DNA of 44,414 nt, taken from the NCBI GenBank assembly GCA_003162595.1, contig PMNJ01000345.1, positions 1-44,414 on the forward strand, read 5' to 3'. Numbering within the stretch: position 1 is the first letter of the stretch; the number at the start of each line of letters is the position of its first letter. Of the stretch, positions 15,959 through 24,371 are shown in pieces. Below the pieces are notes generated by a model. It was not told where the DNA came from, searched no databases, and worked only from the letters and a program-made list of their open reading frames with translations. Made by a program: the position numbers and the translations under genes. Source of the stretch: Bacteroidales bacterium. Its GTDB lineage: Bacteria > Bacteroidota > Bacteroidia > Bacteroidales > VadinHA17.

Positions 15959-17704
15959 TTATTTAACCGGAACCAGATTGACTTTTACCAGCACTATACC
16001 TGCCGGGCCCCTCTGTTCGGGATCTTCAGAAAGAATAGGTTTCCCCTGATCCGCAATAATGTTATTTACAATCTGATTTCCGGTTGAAGTAAGTCTTCGA
16101 CCTCCCAATGAACGATCTGTTGCTACCATGCACACTACCTGCTCTTCAGAAACGTTAGCCAACAAATTATGCGCTATAATGGCGTTATCAGTATCAGCGA
16201 GACGTACACCTTCTCCATCGACATTCCAAAGGATATTATTATCGACCATATTTAGTACCTGTGATGCCTCAATGAAAATAGCCCCCTGCACTGTATTTAT
16301 GTCTAGAAGTACATTTCTTGTGACTCGAGAATTCTGATTAGCAAAATCCAGCCAGATTCCGCAACCACCCTGTATGTGCGAAATATAATTATTCTTTACC
16401 AGTGTCCCGCTGGCACCAAGTAGTTTAATCCCGGCAACTTCCCAATGAAACTCAGCATCCTGCCACCCACAATCAGAGACATTATTTTCCTCAACTATTG
16501 CGTTTGATGTACCGAGACCCCGTATTCCAGCTGTACCGCAACCGCAAACGACATTTCGTCGTACGATATAGTGCCCTATGTTCAAATCCACGGATCGATT
16601 GGCAGGTTGTTCCTGTCCTTGTGCAGGAGGTTGACCTTGTCCTACCACGTTTCGGGGATTCCTCGAATCTTTACCCTCGTAAGCCCGATCACCCATCTCT
16701 ATCCCTAATGAGTTGACGTTCCGTACTGTATTTCCCTCTATAATCCAATGATGTCCACCCATAGTAAAGAGTGCTCCTTCTCCAGTGCGAAGAAATCCAT
16801 TGGCGCAATGCTCTATAATCAATCCGCTAATTCGAATATATCCTAAACCAATAGATTGGGGCTGAATTATATGATGTTGCACGGCGATTTCAAACAACTG
16901 ATTATTCGGATTTTTATTACCAAATGGATGAATATGAATAGTCTTACAATCGGGCCCTACCCAGTAAGAGCCGGGTAAACGAACTAGGTCCTCATACACA
17001 GCTAATTGTGACATACGTCGTCCTTCCTGGAACAGTAAACAGCGTGGAAGTATATATGGTATGCGACCTTTCCACCTTGATGCCCAGTTCATCATCTCGA
17101 ATTCTGCGTCAGTAGTGTTAGGGGTCTTTAACGGGAAGTAACCGTTTTCAAACATATTATCAGGCAGTATCGTCATCAGAATTTGCTTTGAATATGAGTT
17201 AGCAGGAAAACCCAATTCTATGTTTAATTTCAGGCTGCCTGAGGCGGCAAGCGAATCATGAGGATCGACAGATAATACCCACTTCGAAGTAATCACACGC
17301 GAGCCCCGTATTATTACCTGTTCGCCCGGTGCGGCCTCGTATGATATCATTTTGTCAGGTCCTTCTCCAGAATGGAGTGGCCGGACTAATTCCCTGTAGG
17401 TACCTGAATGTATGTAAACCCGTTCGCCAGGCTTCACAACCTGCGCGGCGTGGTTTATAGTCAGAAAAGGGTGTTCTTCTGTCCCATCATTTTCGTCAGA
17501 CGCCTTTGGGTCATTCTGGCTTACGTGATAGGTTCTGGTATAGGTTGTCTGATCGCTCCAACTCATAAATGGGGTCCCGTCAGGCAGTAAAGTTTGCGAA
17601 ACTAAAGGCTGGTAATTTACATCCTTCCTGATCTGCGCCTTTGAAACAAAACTATATGATAATAAAATAAAAGCTAATACAAAAAAAACGGCGATCTTTC
17701 TCAT
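15959..17704 (-). CDS. Secreted right-handed parallel beta-helix repeat protein (pectate-lyase fold; GH141-like or PL-like, unassigned)
   Basis: It has a signal peptide. An N-terminal cap motif, NDGTEEHPFLTINHAAQVVKPGERVYIHSGTYRE, is typical of this fold. Later coils are periodic: IIEGNTVRNV, IVRRNVV, IVEENNVSDC, LVKNNYISHI, VTRNVLLDIN, MVDNNILWNV, IIAHNLLANV. A Gln/Pro/Gly-rich insertion, VVGQGQPPAQGQEQPA, lies at about nt 16592-16684. Confidence 0.7.
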   Translation of the reverse strand: MRKIAVFFVLAFILLSYSFVSKAQIRKDVNYQPLVSQTLLPDGTPFMSWSDQTTYTRTYHVSQNDPKASDENDGTEEHPFLTINHAAQVVKPGERVYIHSGTYRELVRPLHSGEGPDKMISYEAAPGEQVIIRGSRVITSKWVLSVDPHDSLAASGSLKLNIELGFPANSYSKQILMTILPDNMFENGYFPLKTPNTTDAEFEMMNWASRWKGRIPYILPRCLLFQEGRRMSQLAVYEDLVRLPGSYWVGPDCKTIHIHPFGNKNPNNQLFEIAVQHHIIQPQSIGLGYIRISGLIIEHCANGFLRTGEGALFTMGGHHWIIEGNTVRNVNSLGIEMGDRAYEGKDSRNPRNVVGQGQPPAQGQEQPANRSVDLNIGHYIVRRNVVCGCGTAGIRGLGTSNAIVEENNVSDCGWQDAEFHWEVAGIKLLGASGTLVKNNYISHIQGGCGIWLDFANQNSRVTRNVLLDINTVQGAIFIEASQVLNMVDNNILWNVDGEGVRLADTDNAIIAHNLLANVSEEQVVCMVATDRSLGGRRLTSTGNQIVNNIIADQGKPILSEDPEQRGPAGIVLVKVNLVPVK

Positions 17705-17736
17705 AGCAAATTGAGTTATTTACTTTATATTCATGG

Positions 17737-19029
17737 TTAATCGGAAATTGACTGAAAGACAAGGTTTTTGAACTTGCCGATCAGATTTTCACTCCAGTAA
17801 TTATCTACCTGCGACATAAAAATTCCGATTAGATCTTCCTTCGGATCAACCCAGAAGCGAGTATAGAATGCTCCATCCCATCCGAATGTTCCGAGCGACT
17901 CGAGTTCATCAAATATTCCTCTTTCGGTACGTATCCCAAATCCATAACCGAATTTATCTCCCATTATCCCGTTGTGGGCAAAAGAAGTAAAAATGAAGAT
18001 ATTGCCTATAGAATTTGTAGTCATTAATTCAACACTCTTCCGGCTTAGTATCTGTTTCCCTTCCAGTTCCCCCTTATTCAATAACATTTGCGCGAATCTT
18101 GCATAATCAGTGGCAGTAGAAACCAGGCCGGCTCCGCCTGAAAAATAGGTCTGAGGTTCAGGGTATTGAAAATACTTGGTAACCTTTTCAAGTTTGCCAT
18201 TGGCTCCCATTATGTATAAAGTGGCCAGTCGTGGGAACTTATCACGGGGAAGGGTAAAATATGTATCCTGCATTTTCAAAGGTTCAAAAATCCGTTTCCT
18301 CATGAATTCATCCAGTGGCATCTTGCTTACCACCTCAATGAGATAACCGAGCACATCGACAGACATGCCATAATTAAATTCTTCTCCTGGTTGTGAAACA
18401 AGTGGTAATGGTCCCAGATTTTTTATCATATCGCCTATTGTCCCTTTGGTAGGCAGCAATCCGACTGTCATTCCTGCCTGCCTGTAATATATTCCCTGCA
18501 AAGCGCTGCCATAAGTAATGCCGGAGGTATGGTTAAGCAGTTCCCGTATGGTAATTTCACTTTTTGCAGGTACGAGAATAATACTGTCAGATGTGGGAGA
18601 TCTCTCAGCCACCTTAGGGTTCTTAAACTCAGGTATGAATTTTGAAACAGGATCGGTAAGAAGAAAATAGCCTTCCTCATATAAAGTCATTACGGCAACT
18701 GAAGTTATTGCTTTAGTCATTGAAGCTATCCGGAATATAGCGTCATTTGTCATTGGTTTTTTTTCTTCAATATCCTTCAACCCGAAAGATTTGAAATACC
18801 CTACTTTGCCATGACGAATCACCATAGCTACTGCACCTGGCAATTTCCCTTGTTTTATATAATCGTTTAACACCGTATCTATCCGGTTTAACCTTTCAGA
18901 AGAGAGACCTATTTTTTCAGGAACAGTGGCAGGAAGTCCCTGCCCCGGAGCAATCCATGCTGTAGATAACAGTATTAAAAAAAAGAGGATCATTTTATAA
19001 GTTACTGTAATGAAATGATTTCGTATCAT
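17737..19029 (-). CDS. Beta-lactamase-fold serine hydrolase (class C/PBP4-like; candidate esterase)
   Basis: An S-x-x-K motif occurs in FRIASMTKAITSVAVM about 90 aa from the N-terminus. Signal peptide present. Length (430 aa) and overall pattern are typical of 'serine hydrolase domain-containing' proteins. Confidence 0.8.
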   Translation of the reverse strand: MIRNHFITVTYKMILFFLILLSTAWIAPGQGLPATVPEKIGLSSERLNRIDTVLNDYIKQGKLPGAVAMVIRHGKVGYFKSFGLKDIEEKKPMTNDAIFRIASMTKAITSVAVMTLYEEGYFLLTDPVSKFIPEFKNPKVAERSPTSDSIILVPAKSEITIRELLNHTSGITYGSALQGIYYRQAGMTVGLLPTKGTIGDMIKNLGPLPLVSQPGEEFNYGMSVDVLGYLIEVVSKMPLDEFMRKRIFEPLKMQDTYFTLPRDKFPRLATLYIMGANGKLEKVTKYFQYPEPQTYFSGGAGLVSTATDYARFAQMLLNKGELEGKQILSRKSVELMTTNSIGNIFIFTSFAHNGIMGDKFGYGFGIRTERGIFDELESLGTFGWDGAFYTRFWVDPKEDLIGIFMSQVDNYWSENLIGKFKNLVFQSISD

Positions 19030-19066
19030 TATATTTCGTTTCTAAATTGAAATCTCTAATTCTTGG

Positions 19067-21196
19067 TTATGGGGTCAATTTGTTTTTATCAACACAGGTA
19101 ATGATTACGCTTGCGCTCTGTAATCCAGGAGACGAAGCGGTTACCGTAATAACTCCCGGGGAATATGACCTCATGGTCATCCTTGCCATACCATACCGAA
19201 TACATCGTGTATCAGGAGAGGTAGCATTGTTAAAGGACATTGAAGAACCAGTAGGAAAATATCCGACACCTGAGGTTACTGTAAGAGTTATGGTGGGATT
19301 ATTATCTATTGGAGTACCGTTTGCATCCGCGATTTGAGCAGAAAGCTCGCAATCGTCCATACCGTCGTTTCCAATGATGAGGGTATCCGCAGTTAGGATT
19401 ATTTTAGCAGCTATACCGGCTACGGGCAATTTATAGGGAGTCCCCAGATTTTCCATCCGGTACTGATACCACTCTGGACCAGGAATTCTATAATAATCGA
19501 CCACGCCGCCCAGTCCGCCATAATCACTTAGAAACGAGCCGTAGCCGTAGCCTACCCATCTGACTTGTCCTGCCCGCCAGGGATATTTCGCAACGCCGTT
19601 ATGGTCGTAGTACTCGGTTATCAAACTGGGCTTCCCGGGGTTTTGATAGGTAGAGATGGTCGCTCCATCCCCATTATATCCGATGATAGGGGCCAACTGA
19701 TCAAAACCACTTCGCTGTGCGCCGCCCACTGCAGACTCCCTTGAAGGATCGAGAGAATGTACAAGAGCCACCAGAACCTTATAGAAAGCTTTGCACTTGG
19801 TCATGGGTGTTCCATCTGGCACATCGAACGTTTCGTTTCCCATGCTCCAAATAATAATGCTTGGATGGTTTCGTCTTTCCCGAATAAATTCCGTTAATTG
19901 TTGCTTTAAATTTTCTTCAAACGGTTGCTCATCCTGAGTTTTGGTAGGATAGGAGCTTTGTCGCCAGCCACCGTCTTCGCTGGTGTTAAATCCGCCTACG
20001 CCCCAGAAAGAATTTTCTGCCCATGCAAGGATCCCCAACTGGTCGGTCGCATCATTCCATGAAACATCATGAGGGTTATGGCATTCCCTAATGAGATTGA
20101 AACCGGCCTCCTTCATAAGTTTTACGTCCCTTCGAAATCCCGCATTGGTCTGTGCAATCCCCCAGCCCGCACGATCGTCGTGGGCATTCACGCCATTGAT
20201 CAAAACATGCTTTCCATTCAGAAAGAACCCCTGATCGGCTGTCCACTCGATTGATCTGATGCCTAGCGGACTCTCGTAATTATCCACTACGCCATGTCCA
20301 TCCGATGCTGTGGTTAGCACCTTATACATATAGGGCATTTCGGGAGACCATAGATGTGGATTGGCAATGGGCTCACTGGTTTGGTCAAACTCATAAATTG
20401 TCCCTGCCATTATCGACTGAGTGCTTACCATGGATGTCACTATCGTATTGGTTGCATCTATGATGGTTGTCTTTACAGTGCAGTTTACCGGTTTAGCGTT
20501 TTCGTTTTTTATTTCCGTTTTTACCTTGACAGTTGCCTGAGACGCTGAAACCTGAGGAGTGGTGACAAATGTACCGTACCAAGTCACATGAAGCGGATTG
20601 GTAATAACAAGATATACGTCCCTGTGGATACCTCCTAAAAACAACCAGTCGGCCCCACGTGGGGCGATTTGCGGGTCCCACTTATTATTCACCCGTACTG
20701 CAATGACATTATCTCCTTCGGAGACTGCATTGGTGATATCGAAATAAAAACCTGTAAATCCGCCCTTATGGACCCCCATCAGTATCCCATTGACGTACAC
20801 CTCCGCTACCTGGAAAGCTGCCTCGAATTCCAGAAAGATTTTTTTTGAGTCTTTCCATTCAGCCCTCACGTTAATATGCCTCCTGTACCAACCGTATCCT
20901 ACATACCAGAAGGTCCCTTTTTTAAGTGAATAATAAGGAATATCAAATACATGGGGCAAGTTTACTTTAGTCCATTTAGCGTCGTTGTAACCGGTCGCTT
21001 CTGCACCGGTCATGTCTCCTTTATAAAATTTCCAGTCAGAATTCAGGATGATTTTTACCCGCTCGGCATTGAGAACGTTTGCCACGGCGGGAAGTTCTTT
21101 CGTATTGCACGAAGCAAGAAATGCCACTGAAACGATAAATGAAAATGCAAATACTGATATTAATAGTCTTTTTTTTATGAATTTCCTGTTAAACAT
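19067..21196 (-). CDS. GH2 glycoside hydrolase (beta-galactosidase/beta-glucuronidase-like) with a C-terminal Ig-like domain, probable lipoprotein
   Basis: GH2 sugar-binding domain pattern: WKFYKGD, FEAAFQVAEVYVNGILMGVHKGGFTGFYFDITN, GGIHRDVYL. Candidate catalytic residues sit in WSMGNETF and ITEYYDHNG. The C-terminal ITLTVTSG...VITVTASSPG looks Big_2-like. I set the start to the ATG at 21196 (MFNRKF...LASCN) because the track start at 21214 is a TTG. Confidence 0.85.
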   Translation of the reverse strand: MFNRKFIKKRLLISVFAFSFIVSVAFLASCNTKELPAVANVLNAERVKIILNSDWKFYKGDMTGAEATGYNDAKWTKVNLPHVFDIPYYSLKKGTFWYVGYGWYRRHINVRAEWKDSKKIFLEFEAAFQVAEVYVNGILMGVHKGGFTGFYFDITNAVSEGDNVIAVRVNNKWDPQIAPRGADWLFLGGIHRDVYLVITNPLHVTWYGTFVTTPQVSASQATVKVKTEIKNENAKPVNCTVKTTIIDATNTIVTSMVSTQSIMAGTIYEFDQTSEPIANPHLWSPEMPYMYKVLTTASDGHGVVDNYESPLGIRSIEWTADQGFFLNGKHVLINGVNAHDDRAGWGIAQTNAGFRRDVKLMKEAGFNLIRECHNPHDVSWNDATDQLGILAWAENSFWGVGGFNTSEDGGWRQSSYPTKTQDEQPFEENLKQQLTEFIRERRNHPSIIIWSMGNETFDVPDGTPMTKCKAFYKVLVALVHSLDPSRESAVGGAQRSGFDQLAPIIGYNGDGATISTYQNPGKPSLITEYYDHNGVAKYPWRAGQVRWVGYGYGSFLSDYGGLGGVVDYYRIPGPEWYQYRMENLGTPYKLPVAGIAAKIILTADTLIIGNDGMDDCELSAQIADANGTPIDNNPTITLTVTSGVGYFPTGSSMSFNNATSPDTRCIRYGMARMTMRSYSPGVITVTASSPGLQSASVIITCVDKNKLTP

Positions 21197-21251
21197 ATTG
21201 GTATATTTTCGCAATTAACTATTTCTAGAAAATATTATAAATCCACTTTTT

Positions 21252-24170
21252 TCAATTTCCATTACGATCCTGTCGATGGCCAGAGATACGGGCCAGAATC
21301 CGATCAAGAGCAACCGCATCAAAATATTCCTGATCCTGATTCTCGTAAGGTACATCAACCATTATAGGTACTTTAGGCTTCAGGCTGATAAATTTAACCA
21401 GTTCTTCCTCATGGTTCGATCCTGCGATCGGTCCGTAAACATTCCATCTCAGGCCTTCAAGGTCATAAGCCGAAGTACTAACAATCCACATGCCAATATG
21501 CTCTATGATCTCAGACGTGATTTCCTTTGGATCGGTCTTTGAGTCCATCAGCAGTGCAGTGCTAGGCGCAAGTTTCAGATTGGGGGCCCCTACCCTTTTG
21601 AGGAATTGCATCGCCTCAATCAGGTCGCTTGGCGGTCTGTTGGGCGCCAGACGAAGATAGACCGTTATATTACGCAATTCTGCTTCGCGACAAATTTTAG
21701 CAATAGTAGTATCATAACTCTTCCATGTGGCCTCATGTGAAATATTATTTTCGACGTATCTCTGAAGCGGAATCAGCAGATCATGTGCACCCAGAATTTC
21801 CATTTTCTCCACAACGTCGAGAATGCTTGCCACACTTTGTTTATATTCCGGTTCTATGTTGTTCACGATCCTGAGATCGGGAAAAAGGTTGATTCCCGAT
21901 GTCAGATCCACCATAACCCTTACCTTTTGCAACCCAAGCCAGCCTGCTTCCTGTTTAAGGGTCGATTTCTCAAGATGGGCTAAGTATTTCCAGTCTACGG
22001 TAACTCCGTCATAATGCTGGAAGAAGGTCGGCCTTGTAAGTATCTCATCCTGTATATTAACGGGTCCATGCAATGGAAGAAAACGATTTTGGGGATTAGC
22101 CGGAGGAGTAATATGAGCAATTTCTTCTACCCCTTCCTCCTTCACCCTGATATGGAAGATCCGGATATCACCGCCAGCGATAGTGTTCTTTCCGCTCGTG
22201 CCGATAATTGCATTCTCAAAGCCTTCCGGTAAATAACCGATGGCTTTTTTCTCAGACTGATCAAGCGGCATTTCATCAATTGTTTGTATCGGTCCAACTT
22301 TCGATACGATCCTTAATGGCAATTCCGTCAATGAGTTATTGGAAATACCGAGAGTGTAGTCGCCAGTCCCGCGCCGGCATACGATCAGTGAAAGCCCATC
22401 ACCGGCATCGAACAATTTCAGGCTCTGAAAGGCCTGATCCAGAATATCCCGGACATGATGCAGAATAGGATATGGATTTACTAACGGCTTATCTACAGGG
22501 CTTACTATTGGTTCCTTAACAGTGGTTTCTGCTCCAATCCCAAAGGGACTTGCAAACACCGTAATCATACCATTGCCCAGCGGCATCCTTATTACCGCCG
22601 GTGTCCCGTTCACACTGGCCAGAATCTGCGCTCCGGCAGGAACACTCAGGGGTAACAGTTCAAATGGCTGGCCCTCTGTGATCGAACCAGATCCAATAGA
22701 AATCTTTTGCTCACCGCTGAAAAGTCTGGCATGTCCTTCACTTTCAATACCAGCCAGACCACCTGGCAGATTCCGGAGACTGCCGGCCGTGATTAACAGA
22801 TTTCCGCCATGTTCAGCATAGGTACGGAGTTTGTCGCGAACCTCTGCCCCTCCGGAAAGTTCTCCTGCTACAATCATTAACGGATACCTCTCCAGAAGCC
22901 ACTCCGGTGCATCACTCAGGATGACATCAGATGCATCTCCATAGGGTGTGCTCGTTGCGAAACCTGTTTCGTCGTGAAAAAATGAAGAGTTCTGGTAGCC
23001 CGGGTAAAGCATATCAAAAATATTGTTTGTGAGATAATCTCCGCTGCCGTACGGAAGATTTCCCCACACACGGTAAAGGATATTATCGTAATCCGGAAAA
23101 ATCCAGCCCATATAGAAATCCATCATAATACATATCGGCGTTTGCATTACGCCGGGTTGGCCATTTACCCTGACCCATCTCTGGGCCGACTGCTGAATTT
23201 TACCGATAGGTGATAAGCTGTCGCCAGCGAACCATTCATTCTCGAAACCTACCAGCATTGAGTTATATAAAATGTGGCTGTAAAGAAGACGTTTCAGAAG
23301 ACTGAGACTGGTTCCCTTTGTGGGACTGCTTCTGGTGTCACCATAGCTCTTTCCTCCCCAGCGATTATAAATTGAGGCATTACCGAACCACGGCACACCA
23401 TACTCTTTACCTGCACCACGGTCAAACGCGTAAAACACCTGGGCATTTGGGTGTTCCTGCGCTGCCTCGGAACCTACTAATGTATATAACCCCTCCTTTA
23501 AAAAATAGTGCCCGTATGTAATAGCCGTAAGAGCGGCCATTTTGTTTCCGCACTCACTTGTTATCTTCTCCATATGCCTGTGAAAATTCAGATATTGCTG
23601 GGGCCGGTTAGCTGACGAAGGATACATCTGGCTGGCATAAGCTATAACGTAGCGTCCATCCTGTTCTCCCATATCCATGCCCAGCCAGTGGTCTCCGAGT
23701 TTTGTCTCAAACAAGCTTGATATCTCGGGAGTTAAGCCAACTTGCTGCCACTGCCCACCAGAGCCTGAACCCGGAACATAGCCCCATATCTCATACAAGA
23801 ATAGGTCACGCTTTTTTATTTCGTCTACCAGATCGGGGATGTTTTTAGCAACAAGGAATGAATTATTCGGCCAGATGAAATCGCCCAGATCAAATGTCTT
23901 TGTAAAACGCTCTATCTCCTCAGCGTAACCGGTAAGTTGTCCGTTTACCACACGAAATTGTCGCAGCGTTGTGAAATGCGTCCGGTCACCCATGAGGTTC
24001 CAATCCGGTGGCTTCACATGCCTGCGGGCATCATCCGGGTATTCGCGTGGATTGAGTAATTGCCCGTAAACCTTTAACCTGGCAGTGTGGATTGTCTGTG
24101 CACGCAGTGGTTGAACAATAACTAAAGTCAATATGAAGGCAATGGAAAGTCCAGATATCATTCTATTCAT
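21252..24170 (-). CDS. Large secreted multidomain protein of unknown family (GH42-like architecture plus an extra C-terminal TIM-like domain, by inference)
   Basis: 972 aa with a signal peptide (VQPLRAQ). aa ~25-410 contain MDMGEQDGRY and LVGFENEWF motifs. aa ~415-480, YPLMIVAGELSGGAEVRDKLRTYAEHGGNLLITAGS, resemble the GH42 middle (trimerisation/glutamine-amidotransferase-like) domain. aa ~590-680 look like a beta-sandwich. aa ~700-960 resemble a xylose-isomerase-like TIM barrel. I recognise no family-diagnostic motif. Confidence 0.55.
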   Translation of the reverse strand: MNRMISGLSIAFILTLVIVQPLRAQTIHTARLKVYGQLLNPREYPDDARRHVKPPDWNLMGDRTHFTTLRQFRVVNGQLTGYAEEIERFTKTFDLGDFIWPNNSFLVAKNIPDLVDEIKKRDLFLYEIWGYVPGSGSGGQWQQVGLTPEISSLFETKLGDHWLGMDMGEQDGRYVIAYASQMYPSSANRPQQYLNFHRHMEKITSECGNKMAALTAITYGHYFLKEGLYTLVGSEAAQEHPNAQVFYAFDRGAGKEYGVPWFGNASIYNRWGGKSYGDTRSSPTKGTSLSLLKRLLYSHILYNSMLVGFENEWFAGDSLSPIGKIQQSAQRWVRVNGQPGVMQTPICIMMDFYMGWIFPDYDNILYRVWGNLPYGSGDYLTNNIFDMLYPGYQNSSFFHDETGFATSTPYGDASDVILSDAPEWLLERYPLMIVAGELSGGAEVRDKLRTYAEHGGNLLITAGSLRNLPGGLAGIESEGHARLFSGEQKISIGSGSITEGQPFELLPLSVPAGAQILASVNGTPAVIRMPLGNGMITVFASPFGIGAETTVKEPIVSPVDKPLVNPYPILHHVRDILDQAFQSLKLFDAGDGLSLIVCRRGTGDYTLGISNNSLTELPLRIVSKVGPIQTIDEMPLDQSEKKAIGYLPEGFENAIIGTSGKNTIAGGDIRIFHIRVKEEGVEEIAHITPPANPQNRFLPLHGPVNIQDEILTRPTFFQHYDGVTVDWKYLAHLEKSTLKQEAGWLGLQKVRVMVDLTSGINLFPDLRIVNNIEPEYKQSVASILDVVEKMEILGAHDLLIPLQRYVENNISHEATWKSYDTTIAKICREAELRNITVYLRLAPNRPPSDLIEAMQFLKRVGAPNLKLAPSTALLMDSKTDPKEITSEIIEHIGMWIVSTSAYDLEGLRWNVYGPIAGSNHEEELVKFISLKPKVPIMVDVPYENQDQEYFDAVALDRILARISGHRQDRNGN

Positions 24171-24325
24171 GAGTTCGTCTTTGATATTTTTAATATAATA
24201 ATTAAACAGATCTACCAGGCTTCTATAGATAGTATATATAAAATCCTGTTACTGATAGAAACTGAAAAAGAAAATAATAAACCTTGCAAACAGATTTGGA
24301 AACTGAAATTCAGGTATTCTTATAT

Positions 24326-24365
24326 ATAAAAAAATGATGGAGGTTAAGAAGTCTCAACCTCCATC
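24326..24365 (-). terminator. Intrinsic terminator immediately downstream of susD
   Basis: The minus-strand RNA reads GAUGGAGGUU-GAGACUUCUU-AACCUCCAUC followed by AUUUUUUUAUAUA. The stem is a perfect 10 bp (24336-24345 / 24356-24365) and the U7 tract corresponds to 24328-24334. It starts 7 nt after the susD stop codon (24372-24374). Confidence 0.7.
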
Positions 24366-24371
24366 AAATAA

